64,000 nucleotides of DNA from an uncultured bacterium. Lineage in GTDB: Bacteria; UBP15; UBA6099. Within the stretch, counting starts at the first letter, position 1. Each line of letters starts with the position of its first letter. Where the stretch lies: the NCBI GenBank assembly GCA_964409645.1, contig CAYPEK010000006.1:16823-80822 (forward strand), read 5' to 3'. A model generated the notes under the pieces. It was not told the origin of the DNA. It made no database searches and was given only the letters and a program-made list of their open reading frames with translations. This document shows, piece by piece, positions 1 to 8,884 of the stretch. A program made the position numbers and the translations under genes.

Positions 1-504
1 GACTACATCAGCGACAAGCGAGTAAAGATTGTTTATTTGATGCCGCTCAGCGAAGTGATTTTCGACTTCTTCGACAAGCTGAAATCATGCTCGCGCGGTT
101 ACGCGTCGCTCGACTACGAGTTCGATTCGTTCCGGGAGTCCGACCTCGTGCGGCTGGACATCCTCGTCGGCGGCAAGCAGGTGGATTCGCTGAGCATGAT
201 CGTGCACCGCGAGTCGTCGCAGTACCGCGGCCGCCGCATAGTGGAGAAGCTGCGCAAGCTGATTCCGAGACAGATGTTCGAGGTGCCGATCCAGTCGGCG
301 ATCGGCGGCCGGATCATAGCGCGCGAGACCATCCCGCCGGTGCGCAAGAACGTCACGGCGAAATGCTACGGCGGCGATATCACGCGCAAGCGCAAGCTGC
401 TCGAAAAGCAGAAGGAAGGCAAGAAGCGGATGAAAAGCGTCGGCAACGTCGAAATCCCGCAGGAAGCATTCCTCTCCGTCTTGCAGATCGAAAAAGAGAA
501 ATAA
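1..504 (+). CDS. lepA: Elongation factor 4 (LepA), C-terminal portion, truncated by the window start
   Basis: Frame-1 translation from base 1 is open to the TAA at 502-504. The C-terminus ...[40 protein letters not shown] matches the conserved LepA tail. Confidence 0.9.
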   Translation, partial: DYISDKRVKIVYLMPLSEVIFDFFDKLKSCSRGYASLDYEFDSFRESDLVRLDILVGGKQVDSLSMIVHRESSQYRGRRIVEKLRKLIPRQMFEVPIQSAIGGRIIARETIPPVRKNVTAKCYGGDITRKRKLLEKQKEGKKRMKSVGNVEIPQEAFLSVLQIEKEK

Positions 505-508
505 GTAT

Positions 509-721
509 TTACCACAAAGGCGCTAATAGAGACGGAATTTTTTAAAGGCCTCTGACGAGGCCTTTTTAAATAATTATTACCACAAAGACACCAAGACACT
601 AAGTAAAGCGTAGGGCAAACAAAGGCCTCTGACGAGGCCATGAAAGACAATGATTCACCACCAAGGCACAAAGACACAAAGAAAGACAAAAAATTAAGTA
701 ATGGCCTCTGACGAGGCCATA
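509..721. repeat. Three tandem forward copies of a roughly 70-bp unit: an ACCACAAAGACAC(CAAGACAC) motif followed by a GGCCTCTGACGAGGCC hairpin
   Basis: The motif TTACCACAAAG(G/A)C occurs at about 511, 576 and 655. Palindromic hairpins AAAGGCCTCTGACGAGGCC occur at 542-563, 621-641 and 700-720. The first hairpin is followed by a T-run and could also terminate lepA. Confidence 0.6.
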
Positions 722-846
722 GAAAACTGTTAATAAACTCTCGCAATACCAATCAGCAAAAATAAATATTTTCGGCACCCCTTTGTCGATTGCGTTATTT
801 GTGTATAAATAGGTTGTTAGCGAATTGTCAACGAGAGGAAATACCT

Positions 847-1251
847 ATGACGTCTAGTGTGGATGGCAATGCAGTCCCGATCGAAGCAAGCAGAGCCGCA
901 ACACAAATCGTCGATGCGGCATATCGTGTTCATACTTCTCTTGGCCCCGGCCTTATGGAAAGCGTTTATGAAGCATGCATGGAACATGAGTTGACGAAGC
1001 GTGAGCTAAAAGTTAAGCGACAAGTTTCTCAGGCTGTGGTTTATGACGGTATAAATATAGATGCAGGATTAAGAATTGATTTACTTGTGAACGATTGTGT
1101 AATCGTCGAGTTGAAAGCTGTTGAAAATCTACTGCCCGTGCACAAGGCACAATTGATAACATATCTGAAACTTACCGGCTTACGGCTTGGGCTGTTAATC
1201 AATTTCAATGTCCCCGTAATTAAAGACGGCATTAAGCGAATAGCACTTTAA
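847..1251 (+). CDS. GxxExxY family protein (PD-(D/E)XK nuclease-like, PDDEXK_3)
   Basis: Translation MTSSVDGN...GLMESVYEACMEHEL...RIDLLVNDCVIVELKAVENLLPVHKAQLITYLKLTGLRLGLLINFN carries the family signature GxxExxY plus the D..(D/E)xK core. GAGAGGA lies 9 nt upstream of the ATG at 847. GC is about 45% versus about 62% for the neighbours. Confidence 0.8.
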   Translation: MTSSVDGNAVPIEASRAATQIVDAAYRVHTSLGPGLMESVYEACMEHELTKRELKVKRQVSQAVVYDGINIDAGLRIDLLVNDCVIVELKAVENLLPVHKAQLITYLKLTGLRLGLLINFNVPVIKDGIKRIAL

Positions 1252-1278
1252 CCAGCTTTTATCATTGAACTGTACTTC

Positions 1279-1490
1279 AAGGCCTCTTCAGAGGCCTATG
1301 TTCGTTCTTTTGTTTTTCTTGGTGTCTTAGTGTCTTAGTGGTAAATCTTCATCTTTCAAGGCCTCGTCTGAGGTCGGTACATATCCCTTTGTATTTCTTC
1401 GTGTCTTGGTGTCTTTGTGGTGAATTTTTGTATTTAAAGGCCTCGTCAGAGGCCGGTTATATGCCTTTGTGTCTTTGTGGTGAAATCTTT
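1279..1490. repeat. Three tandem copies of the same roughly 70-bp unit in inverted orientation (hairpin first, then the reverse-complement motif GTGTCTT(A/G)GTGTCTTTGTGGT)
   Basis: Hairpins AAGGCCTCTTCAGAGGCC (1279-1298), GGCCTCGTCTGAGGTCGG (1359-1376, imperfect) and AAAGGCCTCGTCAGAGGCC (1437-1457) are each followed by the reverse complement of the ACCACAAAGACAC motif. The last copy abuts the REC gene stop at 1491. Confidence 0.6.
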
Positions 1491-1862
1491 TCACATCGAC
1501 GCGAGGAGGTCGAGGAGTTTCTTCGGGTCCACCGGTTTGGGCATGAACATGTCGAGCGTGATCTCGTTCTCGAGCCCTTCGCCGGTTTTGAGGTCGGGCC
1601 GTCCGCTAAACGACGACAGGAAGATGACGCGCGACGCGGGCGTGACGTTTTCCTTCCGCAGTTCGCGATAGACTTCGTAGCCGTCGTGGCCGGGCAGCAG
1701 CATGTCGAGCAGGATAATGTCCGGGTGCATGTCGCGCGCTTTGCAGACGCCGTCCTCGCCGTCGCACGCCGTCTCCGTCTCGTACCCCTTTATCGTCAAC
1801 AGCACCTTCAGCGATTCCACTATCGCTTCGTCGTCGTCTATGATTAGCACCTTTTTAGCCAT
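1491..1862 (-). CDS. Single-domain response regulator (CheY-like receiver)
   Basis: MAKKVLIIDDDEAIVESLKVLL...DIILLDMLLPGHDGYEV...KP is a canonical REC domain with the acidic pocket, the phospho-acceptor Asp and a conserved Lys. The start codon is immediately adjacent to the upstream HK stop. Confidence 0.9.
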   Translation of the reverse strand: MAKKVLIIDDDEAIVESLKVLLTIKGYETETACDGEDGVCKARDMHPDIILLDMLLPGHDGYEVYRELRKENVTPASRVIFLSSFSGRPDLKTGEGLENEITLDMFMPKPVDPKKLLDLLASM

Positions 1863-2894
1863 TTATCGAGGCTCCTCCGCAAGCGGTTTCGGCGCGAACG
1901 GTATCTTCGCCGTGAATGTCGTGCCCTCGTCCTCCTTCGATCTGAACGTGATGCTCCCGCCGAGATTGACTATCAGGTTGTGAACGATCGCGAGTCCGAG
2001 GCCCGTGCCCTGTTTTATCCGCGACTTCGCGTTGTCCGCACGGAAGAACTCCTTGAATATGCGCGACTGATCCTTCTCCGGGATGCCGATTCCCTGATCG
2101 GCAACTTCGAGCCGCAGCGCATCGCCCTCCGCCGCGAGTTTCACCTTCACCGTTGTCGATTCCTTCGAGTACTTCACGGCGTTCTCCACGAGGTTCGTGA
2201 ATATGTGGTTGACTGATTTCCTGACGACACGCAACGCGGGCAGATTCTGCGCAATTTCCGTTTCGATCGTTACTTTTTTCTCGGCGGCCACCGGCGTGAG
2301 GATGGCCACAACGGCGTTCATCTCCGCCGCCGCGTCGGTCTGCTCCGCGCCCTCGTCCCGCTCGACTTTCGCCTCCGCGAGATTGAGGATGTCGTTGACC
2401 ATGTCGAGCATGTCCTCCGAGCGGTCGTAAGCCTGCTGGAGGAGATTTTTCACCGACGGGTCGTCGCCACCGATCGCGCCGGATACAATGACGCGAATCA
2501 CGCTTTGTATCGCGACGAGCGGCGACCGCATCTGGTGCGACGCCATCAGCAGGAAATTCTTCTTTATGCGCTCAACCTCTTCGAGTTTGCCGATCGTGTT
2601 TTCGAGTTGCCTGTTTCGGGATTCGAGGCAGGCGCGCATTCCGCGCTCCTCTTCGATAAGAGACTCCGCAGTGTCCGACGCCGATTCCGCGAGTGAGAGC
2701 CCCTGCCAGAGCAACAGGCAAAGCGACGCGGTGAATGCCGCCGCGAGCAATGAGAGCAATCGGTGCGCTTGTGGCCAGAGAGCAATCGCCGCAAGGTCCG
2801 CCGCGAGCAGTACGGTGAACACGACCGCCCCCGGCCGGTAGAAACGGTTGATTTTCTTACGGGCTTTTTTTATGGACGCTGTACTGTTGCTCAT
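1863..2894 (-). CDS. Sensor histidine kinase (one TM segment, HisKA plus HATPase_c)
   Basis: The track gives a 503-aa ORF. Its Arg-rich N-terminal 160 aa overlap the REC gene at 2891-3304 in another frame. The real start is ATG at 2892-2894 (MSNSTASIKK...), which overlaps the upstream TGA as ATGA. An H-box (MASHQMRSPL) and the N, G1 and G2 boxes (NLVENAVKYS, DQGIGI, GTGLGL) are present. Confidence 0.85.
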   Translation of the reverse strand: MSNSTASIKKARKKINRFYRPGAVVFTVLLAADLAAIALWPQAHRLLSLLAAAFTASLCLLLWQGLSLAESASDTAESLIEEERGMRACLESRNRQLENTIGKLEEVERIKKNFLLMASHQMRSPLVAIQSVIRVIVSGAIGGDDPSVKNLLQQAYDRSEDMLDMVNDILNLAEAKVERDEGAEQTDAAAEMNAVVAILTPVAAEKKVTIETEIAQNLPALRVVRKSVNHIFTNLVENAVKYSKESTTVKVKLAAEGDALRLEVADQGIGIPEKDQSRIFKEFFRADNAKSRIKQGTGLGLAIVHNLIVNLGGSITFRSKEDEGTTFTAKIPFAPKPLAEEPR

Positions 2895-3304
2895 GCGCCG
2901 CCTCCCGCGCCTCGTACGGAGAGGATTTTCCCGACGCGTTCGAGCAGGTCGGCCTTTCTCACGGGTTTCGATATGAAATCGTCCGCAGGCAAAAAATCGG
3001 GGTCGGCGGGCCAGAAATCGACTCCGTAAACGTCGCCGACGCTCGTCACCATGACGACCGGTATGTTCTTCGTGTCCGGGTCTTTTTTCAGAACGCGGCA
3101 GTACTCGAATCCGAGCGTGTCGCCGTAAAAAATCACGTCGAGCAGGATAAGGTCGGGTTTCTCGCGCTTTGCGGTTTCGACGCCCGACTTCGGGTCGGAT
3201 TCGCCGAGCACCTGATAGTCCTGAGTTTCGAGGATTGTTGCTACTATGCTCCTGAAATCGGGGTCGTCGTCTATGATGAGAATGCGCGGGGGAGTCTGAT
3301 TCAT
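2891..3304 (-). CDS. Response regulator receiver protein
   Basis: MNQTPPRILIIDDDPDFRSIVATIL...DLILLDVIFYGD...KP forms a REC domain. Its stop shares an ATGA overlap with the downstream HK start. Confidence 0.9.
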   Translation of the reverse strand: MNQTPPRILIIDDDPDFRSIVATILETQDYQVLGESDPKSGVETAKREKPDLILLDVIFYGDTLGFEYCRVLKKDPDTKNIPVVMVTSVGDVYGVDFWPADPDFLPADDFISKPVRKADLLERVGKILSVRGAGGGA

Positions 3305-3379
3305 AAGGCAATACCTCCGGAGCGCTCGCGTGCCGCCCCGGGCTGGGCGGCGCGCCGGCCGGCGCTCTTTCCAATACTT

Positions 3380-4876
3380 TTATTCCGACATTTCGGCTTT
3401 CCGCCTCACCGGCAGGTAAACCTTGAATGTGGAGCCCTCACCGAGTTTGGACTCCGCCGAAATCCTGCCGCCGTGCGCTTCAACTATTTCCTTAATTATC
3501 GAGAGGCCGAGCCCGGTGCCCGAAATTTTGTGCGTGGCCTCGTTTCTTACTCTGAAAAATTCCTCGAACAAGCGTGATACCGCCTCCTCGGGGATGCCGA
3601 TTCCCGTGTCGGCGCACTCGATCAGAACCTGATTCGACCCCTGCTTCCGCAGCGAGACTCTGACCGAGCCGCCCTTTTTGTTGTACTTGATCGCGTTCGA
3701 CACGAGGTTAGTCAACAGTTCTTCCATGTTGCCGCGGTCTGCGTCCACCTGCGGGAAATCCGGCTCGACGTCCAGCTTGAGCGTAACCTGCATTTCGTCC
3801 GCATTGACTTTCAGCAAAATTATCGTGTCGCGCGCGATCTCGTCCAGCGGCACCGGCTCAAAGTTGCGCCGCAGCAATCCGGAGCGCATCTTCATCACCG
3901 ACAGCAGGTCGCCGATCAGCTTCAACAGCGACGCCGCCCGCTCGCGGGACCGCTCGAGAACTTCCTTCTGCTTTTCCGGCTTGCCGTCCAGCAACCCGTC
4001 GAGTATCAGGTCGAGATACCCCTGTATAGCGCCCACCGGCGCCTTGAGCTCGTGCGCCACCATGCGCACGAAGTTGAATTTCGCCTTGTCCAACTCCTTG
4101 AGCTTCGTCACATCCCGCAGCACCGCCACCGATCCGAGCGTCTCGCCGCTCTCGTTGTACACCGGCGACAGCAGCACCGACAGCACCAGTTCGCTCTTCT
4201 TTCCGAGAGTGATTTCCTCCTCCATCTTGAAGAAACCGTGACCGTCGCTGTCCGAAACGCCCCTCAACGCGTCGCCGATCTTTTCCACCAGCTCCGCCGT
4301 CTTGTCGTTGTCCGGATCGTCCTCGTCGAGCAAGTCGCGCAGCGCAGGATTGGTCAGGACGATGCGCCCCTCGCTGTCCGTCACGATTATCCCGTCGCCG
4401 ATGCTTTCAAGGATCGTTTTCAGCCGTCCCTTCTCATACGCGATGTCCTTCAGGCTCCGCTCGCGCTCCTTGAGCAGCTTCCGCTCCACCTTGCGCAGCC
4501 GCACCGTCTCCTCCGCGCGCTGCATTATGTACAGAAGCTCGTCCGGCGTGAACGGTTTCGACAGGTAGTCGTACGCGCCGACTTTCATCGCCTCCACCGC
4601 CGACGAGATCGACGCGTAACCCGTGATGACGATCGGCACTATCTCCACGCCCTTGCGCCGGATCGCCTCGATGACCTCGATCCCGGACAGCTTCGGCATT
4701 TTCAGGTCGATTATCGCTATGTCGTATTCGCCCGCCTCGATTTTCTCAAGCCCGGCCTGCCCATCTTCGGCGGTGTCCACCACGTATCCGGCGTCTTTAA
4801 GGATTATCAGACACCCGTCCCTGATGGACTTCTCGTCGTCAACAACAATTACTTTTGTATGGGCAGCTTCCATCAA
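3380..4876 (-). CDS. Hybrid signalling protein: N-terminal receiver, PAS, then HisKA and HATPase_c
   Basis: The N-terminus VIVVDDEKSIRDGC...DIAIIDLKMP...KP is a REC domain. A central segment LKTILESIGDGIIVTDSEGRIV is PAS-like. HELKAPVGAI is the H-box, and NLVSNAIKY, DTGIGI and GTGLGLSI are the ATPase boxes. Confidence 0.9.
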   Translation of the reverse strand: MMEAAHTKVIVVDDEKSIRDGCLIILKDAGYVVDTAEDGQAGLEKIEAGEYDIAIIDLKMPKLSGIEVIEAIRRKGVEIVPIVITGYASISSAVEAMKVGAYDYLSKPFTPDELLYIMQRAEETVRLRKVERKLLKERERSLKDIAYEKGRLKTILESIGDGIIVTDSEGRIVLTNPALRDLLDEDDPDNDKTAELVEKIGDALRGVSDSDGHGFFKMEEEITLGKKSELVLSVLLSPVYNESGETLGSVAVLRDVTKLKELDKAKFNFVRMVAHELKAPVGAIQGYLDLILDGLLDGKPEKQKEVLERSRERAASLLKLIGDLLSVMKMRSGLLRRNFEPVPLDEIARDTIILLKVNADEMQVTLKLDVEPDFPQVDADRGNMEELLTNLVSNAIKYNKKGGSVRVSLRKQGSNQVLIECADTGIGIPEEAVSRLFEEFFRVRNEATHKISGTGLGLSIIKEIVEAHGGRISAESKLGEGSTFKVYLPVRRKAEMSE

Positions 4877-5109
4877 GAACTTCCTCCCGAGCTGAATACC
4901 TTAGATGCCTGCCGGTTCTGGTTCGTGCAATCCGCCGGGTAAATAAACCCGACTTCCAACAGCGTTATAAGATGATATTATAATAGCATTAACGCGCGGT
5001 GCGAATACCTTAATTAATAATTATTATATTCCATTTCCGGAAAATTAAACAATCTTTGGATTTTTTCAGAATTTCAGCCGACCGACCCGGATCGGCAAGT
5101 GGAATATAA

Positions 5110-7140
5110 TTAAACTGCGCCGACCTCGTCGGCTTCCGCTATGTGCATTACGGGCAACCGGATTGTGAATGTGCTTCCCTTGCCCACCGTACTTTTCACA
5201 ATGATCGAGCCGCCGTGCTTGTCCACGATGCCGTGGGAAAGTGAAAGCCCCAGTCCGGTGCCTTTTATGCTCCCTTTTGTCGAAAAAAACGGGTCGAATA
5301 TTCTATTCAAATCCTCTTCGTTTATTCCACAGCCATTATCTGTGACGTTAATATCGACAAAACCGTTGTCGTTCGCGATATCCACCACAATCTCGCCCTC
5401 GCCTGAAATCGCCTGTACCGCGTTTATGACGATGTTCAAAAGCACCTGCTGGAGCTGCATCTTGTCGCCGCGGATCATCGGCGGCTTTCGTTCGAGATAA
5501 GGCTTTTTCACATTTATGTTCAGGAGCAGGCTCTGCTTTTCGAGGAGCGCGAAAACACGGTTAAGAAGCTCAACGGCGTCCACCGGCTCGAATTTCGGAT
5601 TGGTCTGTCGGGAAAAATCGAGAACGCCCTTCACGATCTCGCGCGCGCGCAACGTCTCGTCGATTATGTTGCGCAGCTTCGCCTTCTGCTCGTCGTCTTT
5701 CAGCGATTTGTCCAGAATGTTGGCAAAAAGCATTATTCCGCTGAGCGGATTATTTATTTCATGCGCGATGCCCGCCGCGAGACGCCCTATCGACGCCAGC
5801 TTCTCCACCCGGAAAATCTTCTGCTGCGCTTCCTTCATCCTCTCGTTGTACTCGATGAGCTGATCGATGATGTAGGGCAGACACATTTCGTTCTCGGCGA
5901 TCCCCTGATACACCGCCTTAGCCTTTTCGCGGCAGGTGCGGTATCCGCAGGCGCCGCAGTTGAGTTCATCCTCCGGGTTGTCCTTTTTGATTTCATGAAG
6001 GATCGCCCTGATCTCCTCCTCGGTCGGCTCCTTGAGGTCCATGTGTTCGTCCCCGAAGCGCCGCGTCAGATCGACATCATCGTATTCCGCGAGAATCTTT
6101 TCGAGCTCCTCGGCAGTAATCATTTTCGCGTTCTTCCGGGCGAATTCCGCGACAATTTCCTTGCGCTCGGTCAAGTTTGTGCCCGCAGGCATGAGCGGCC
6201 CGTTGATACAGCCCTCGCAAAAAAGCAGATCGAAGAATTTTGCCTTGGTCGTCCCTTTTTCAATCGATTCGAGCACATCCGGAACCCGGTCGTGGCCCTC
6301 AGCCACAATCATCTCATCGTTCAGGATGTCGTTCTGGAGCCCGGCGGTCCTCAGTAGGCCGCCGGAAACGGGATAGATACGGCCCAGACGCGCCGCCGGG
6401 CCGTCGAATTCCACCGGCTCCATTGCCTCAGGATCGATCCCGGCTTCGTCAAAAAGCGACTTCAATTCGGCGAAAGTGAGAACGGCGTCCACATCACCCG
6501 CAAGCTCGGTTTCCTCGCGTTCGAGCTTTTTCGATACGCACGGACCGGCGAACACAACCTTCGCGCCGGGTTTGTATTTTTCCTTGACCGCGCGGGCGGC
6601 CGCAATCATGGGCGAAACCACCGGCACGAAGAACGGGACGAGCTTCGGATGATATTTTTCGATGTATTTAACGAGGGTCGGGCACGGAGTCGCGATCAGC
6701 GGCCCCTCCGGCCGGTCTTTAAGGACTTTTTTGTAAGCGCGGCTGACGAGTTCTGCGCCGAACGCCACTTCTATGACATCCGAGAAACCAAGCTTCTTCG
6801 AGGCGGCAATCACCTTTCCGGGGTCAATGTCTTTGAACGCCGCCGGGAACGACGGGGCAAGTATCAGAACCACCGGCTCCGGCCACCCGAGAAGCGCTTT
6901 GGCAACCGACGCGCCGTCCTGAATGCGCTTGGCGTTCTGCGCGCACATCCGCACGCAGTTCCCGCAGGCGATGCAACGCTCGCTCATCACCCACGCCTGC
7001 CCCTGCTTGACGCCGATCGCCTTCACCGGGCAGTTGCGAATGCACGAATAGCACTGCCGGCACTTGTTCTCGATCGTGCTGACGACTCCCCGGCTGGTGT
7101 CCGGGGTGTACAATTTGCCCATCACTTCGTCAGGCGCCAT
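5110..7140 (-). CDS. Sensor histidine kinase whose input module is two ferredoxin-type 4Fe-4S motifs plus an [FeFe]-hydrogenase large-subunit (H-domain)-like fold
   Basis: The N-terminus has CRQCYSCIRNCP and CIACGNCVRMC ferredoxin motifs. A roughly 330-aa region follows with an H-domain-like spacing of Cys motifs: ATPCPTLV (compare TSCCPxW), AGPCVSKKLE (compare MPCxxKxxE) and FCEGCINGP (compare ExMxCxxGCxxG). Next comes a Cys cluster NCGACGYRTCREK...MC. The C-terminus has HisKA (IAHEINNPLSGI) and HATPase boxes (NIVINAVQA, DNGCGI, GTGLGLS). Confidence 0.85.
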   Translation of the reverse strand: MAPDEVMGKLYTPDTSRGVVSTIENKCRQCYSCIRNCPVKAIGVKQGQAWVMSERCIACGNCVRMCAQNAKRIQDGASVAKALLGWPEPVVLILAPSFPAAFKDIDPGKVIAASKKLGFSDVIEVAFGAELVSRAYKKVLKDRPEGPLIATPCPTLVKYIEKYHPKLVPFFVPVVSPMIAAARAVKEKYKPGAKVVFAGPCVSKKLEREETELAGDVDAVLTFAELKSLFDEAGIDPEAMEPVEFDGPAARLGRIYPVSGGLLRTAGLQNDILNDEMIVAEGHDRVPDVLESIEKGTTKAKFFDLLFCEGCINGPLMPAGTNLTERKEIVAEFARKNAKMITAEELEKILAEYDDVDLTRRFGDEHMDLKEPTEEEIRAILHEIKKDNPEDELNCGACGYRTCREKAKAVYQGIAENEMCLPYIIDQLIEYNERMKEAQQKIFRVEKLASIGRLAAGIAHEINNPLSGIMLFANILDKSLKDDEQKAKLRNIIDETLRAREIVKGVLDFSRQTNPKFEPVDAVELLNRVFALLEKQSLLLNINVKKPYLERKPPMIRGDKMQLQQVLLNIVINAVQAISGEGEIVVDIANDNGFVDINVTDNGCGINEEDLNRIFDPFFSTKGSIKGTGLGLSLSHGIVDKHGGSIIVKSTVGKGSTFTIRLPVMHIAEADEVGAV

Positions 7141-7159
7141 TTGTCAACACCACTTTTTA

Positions 7160-7828
7160 TCAGGCGTTCTTTTTCGCCCGGACCGCCTCGCGTATGCGGT
7201 TCAGCCACGCGTCGAACCCGGCGCCGGAGCGCGCGGACAGTTCGAACACTTCGAGCTTCGGATTCACCTGTTTAATATGCTCACGCATCTTGTCCATGTC
7301 GTAATCGAGGACCGAGAGCAGATCGGTCTTGCTCACCACCGCCCAGTTGCACACCTGAAACATGAGCGGGTACTTGAGCGGCTTGTCTTCGCCTTCGGTG
7401 ACACTCAGCAACACAGTTTTGAAGTCTTCGCCGAGTTCGAACTCCGCCGGGCAAACGAGGTTACCGACGTTCTCGACGAACACGATGTCGAGGCCGTCGA
7501 GCGACAGGTCCTGTGCGGCCGAGTTGATCATCGACGCGTCGAGGTGGCAGTCGCCGCCGATCGGCGCGGTGTTGATCTGTACGATCTGGACTCCGTGCCG
7601 CGCGAGACGCTCCGCGTCCATCGTCGTCTGGATGTCGCCCTCGATGACCGCGATCTTGAACTCGCCCTTGAGCGCGTCGATCGTCCGGTCCAGCAGCGTG
7701 GTCTTCCCCGAGCCCGGCGAACTCATGAGGTTGATCACCAGCGTTTTGTTCGACCCGAACATGCTTCTGTTTTCGTTCGCCACACGGTCGTTTGCGGCGA
7801 GCACCTTCTGTAGAACTTTGATTTCCAT
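7160..7828 (-). CDS. hypB: Hydrogenase nickel-incorporation GTPase HypB
   Basis: P-loop SSPGSGKTTLL, the CH metal-binding motif (GGDCHLD) and G-domain motifs (ENVGNLVCP, SKTDL) are all typical of HypB. Confidence 0.92.
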   Translation of the reverse strand: MEIKVLQKVLAANDRVANENRSMFGSNKTLVINLMSSPGSGKTTLLDRTIDALKGEFKIAVIEGDIQTTMDAERLARHGVQIVQINTAPIGGDCHLDASMINSAAQDLSLDGLDIVFVENVGNLVCPAEFELGEDFKTVLLSVTEGEDKPLKYPLMFQVCNWAVVSKTDLLSVLDYDMDKMREHIKQVNPKLEVFELSARSGAGFDAWLNRIREAVRAKKNA

Positions 7829-7860
7829 GCGGGGTATATCCTTTTCCTTATTTTATTTTC

Positions 7861-8883
7861 TCAGCAAATCCTCGGCAACTGCTCTCCCGCGAGCATGTCC
7901 ACTATTCGGGAGCCGCCGACCGCCGTCTTCAGCGCGGCCTTTCCCGGATGCGACTCAGTGACGACGCCGACCCGCGCCGCGCGGGCGCCAAGCGGGTGTG
8001 CCCTCATCGCCTCCAGAATCGCCGCCGATTTTTCCTTCGCGACGACGAGCGCTATTTTTCCCTCATTCGCAACATAAAGCGGGTCGAGCCCCAGCAGCTC
8101 GCACAATCCCTGAACGCCGTCCGACACCGGAATCGACTCCTCGTCGATTTCGATGCCGACTTTCGCTCCATCCGCGATCTCGTTCAGCACCGTCGCGAGC
8201 CCGCCGCGCGTTGCGTCACGCATGAAATGCACCGACCCCTGACCACCCGCATCCACCGCCGTGCGCACAAGCTCGGTCAGAGGCGCGCAGTCCGATTCCA
8301 CCGGGACGCTGAATTTCAGTCCCTCACGACACGCCATCACCGTCACGCCGTGGTCGCCGAGTGTTCCGCTCACGATTATTTCATCGCCGGGCCTGATGCT
8401 TCCCATCCCCGGCGCGGGGTCCATTTTAAGGACGCCGACTCCGGACGTGGTTATGAAAATTCCGTCGGCCGCGCCCTTTTCGACGACCTTCGTGTCGCCC
8501 GTCACTATCTTCACGTTGGCCGCGTCCAGCGCCGACTTCATCGACGCGAGAATACGCGCGAACTCATCGGCCGGCAGCCCTTCCTCTATTATAAAACCGC
8601 AAGAGAGGTAAAGCGGTTCCGCGCCCATCACGGCAATATCGTTCACGGTGCCGCAGACGGCGAGTTTTCCGATGTCGCCGCCCGGAAAAAATCGCGGCTT
8701 GACAACATAGCCGTCCGTCGTGAAAACGAGCGGCGACCGCGAGCCGCCCGTCTGACCGAACAGCACCGCCGCATCGTCGAGCGATTCCAGCAGCGAGTTC
8801 CCGAACGCTTCAAGGATCGCCCCCGAGATCAGGTCATGCGATTGCCTGCCGCCGCTGCCGTGCGCGAGTAGTATTTTTTCCAT
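7861..8883 (-). CDS. hypE: Hydrogenase expression/formation protein HypE
   Basis: The start is re-placed at MEKILLAHGSGG. The protein has a PurM/AIR-synthase-like fold and the hallmark HypE C-terminal ...PRIC tail. Confidence 0.9.
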   Translation of the reverse strand: MEKILLAHGSGGRQSHDLISGAILEAFGNSLLESLDDAAVLFGQTGGSRSPLVFTTDGYVVKPRFFPGGDIGKLAVCGTVNDIAVMGAEPLYLSCGFIIEEGLPADEFARILASMKSALDAANVKIVTGDTKVVEKGAADGIFITTSGVGVLKMDPAPGMGSIRPGDEIIVSGTLGDHGVTVMACREGLKFSVPVESDCAPLTELVRTAVDAGGQGSVHFMRDATRGGLATVLNEIADGAKVGIEIDEESIPVSDGVQGLCELLGLDPLYVANEGKIALVVAKEKSAAILEAMRAHPLGARAARVGVVTESHPGKAALKTAVGGSRIVDMLAGEQLPRIC

Positions 8884-8884
8884 T

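Noticed and set aside
509-1490. Possibility that the repeated GGCCTCTGACGAGGCC hairpins are a CRISPR array
   Set aside because: The units are palindromic, irregularly spaced and occur in two inverted blocks around a gene, with no uniform spacers and no cas genes.
1863-3374. 503-aa ORF extending the histidine kinase about 160 aa upstream
   Set aside because: The extension is Arg/Pro-rich low-complexity and overlaps the well-formed REC gene 2891-3304 in another frame. The ATG at 2892-2894 with the ATGA junction is the credible start.
4052-4942. 296-aa plus-strand ORF (His/Arg/Leu-rich)
   Set aside because: It is antisense to the hybrid REC-PAS-HK gene. Its composition is typical of a high-GC antisense frame, and it has no start context.
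5040-5109. Candidate terminator hairpin downstream of the H-domain kinase
   Set aside because: Only a 5-bp stem is possible with no U-run. Transcription likely reads through or terminates elsewhere.
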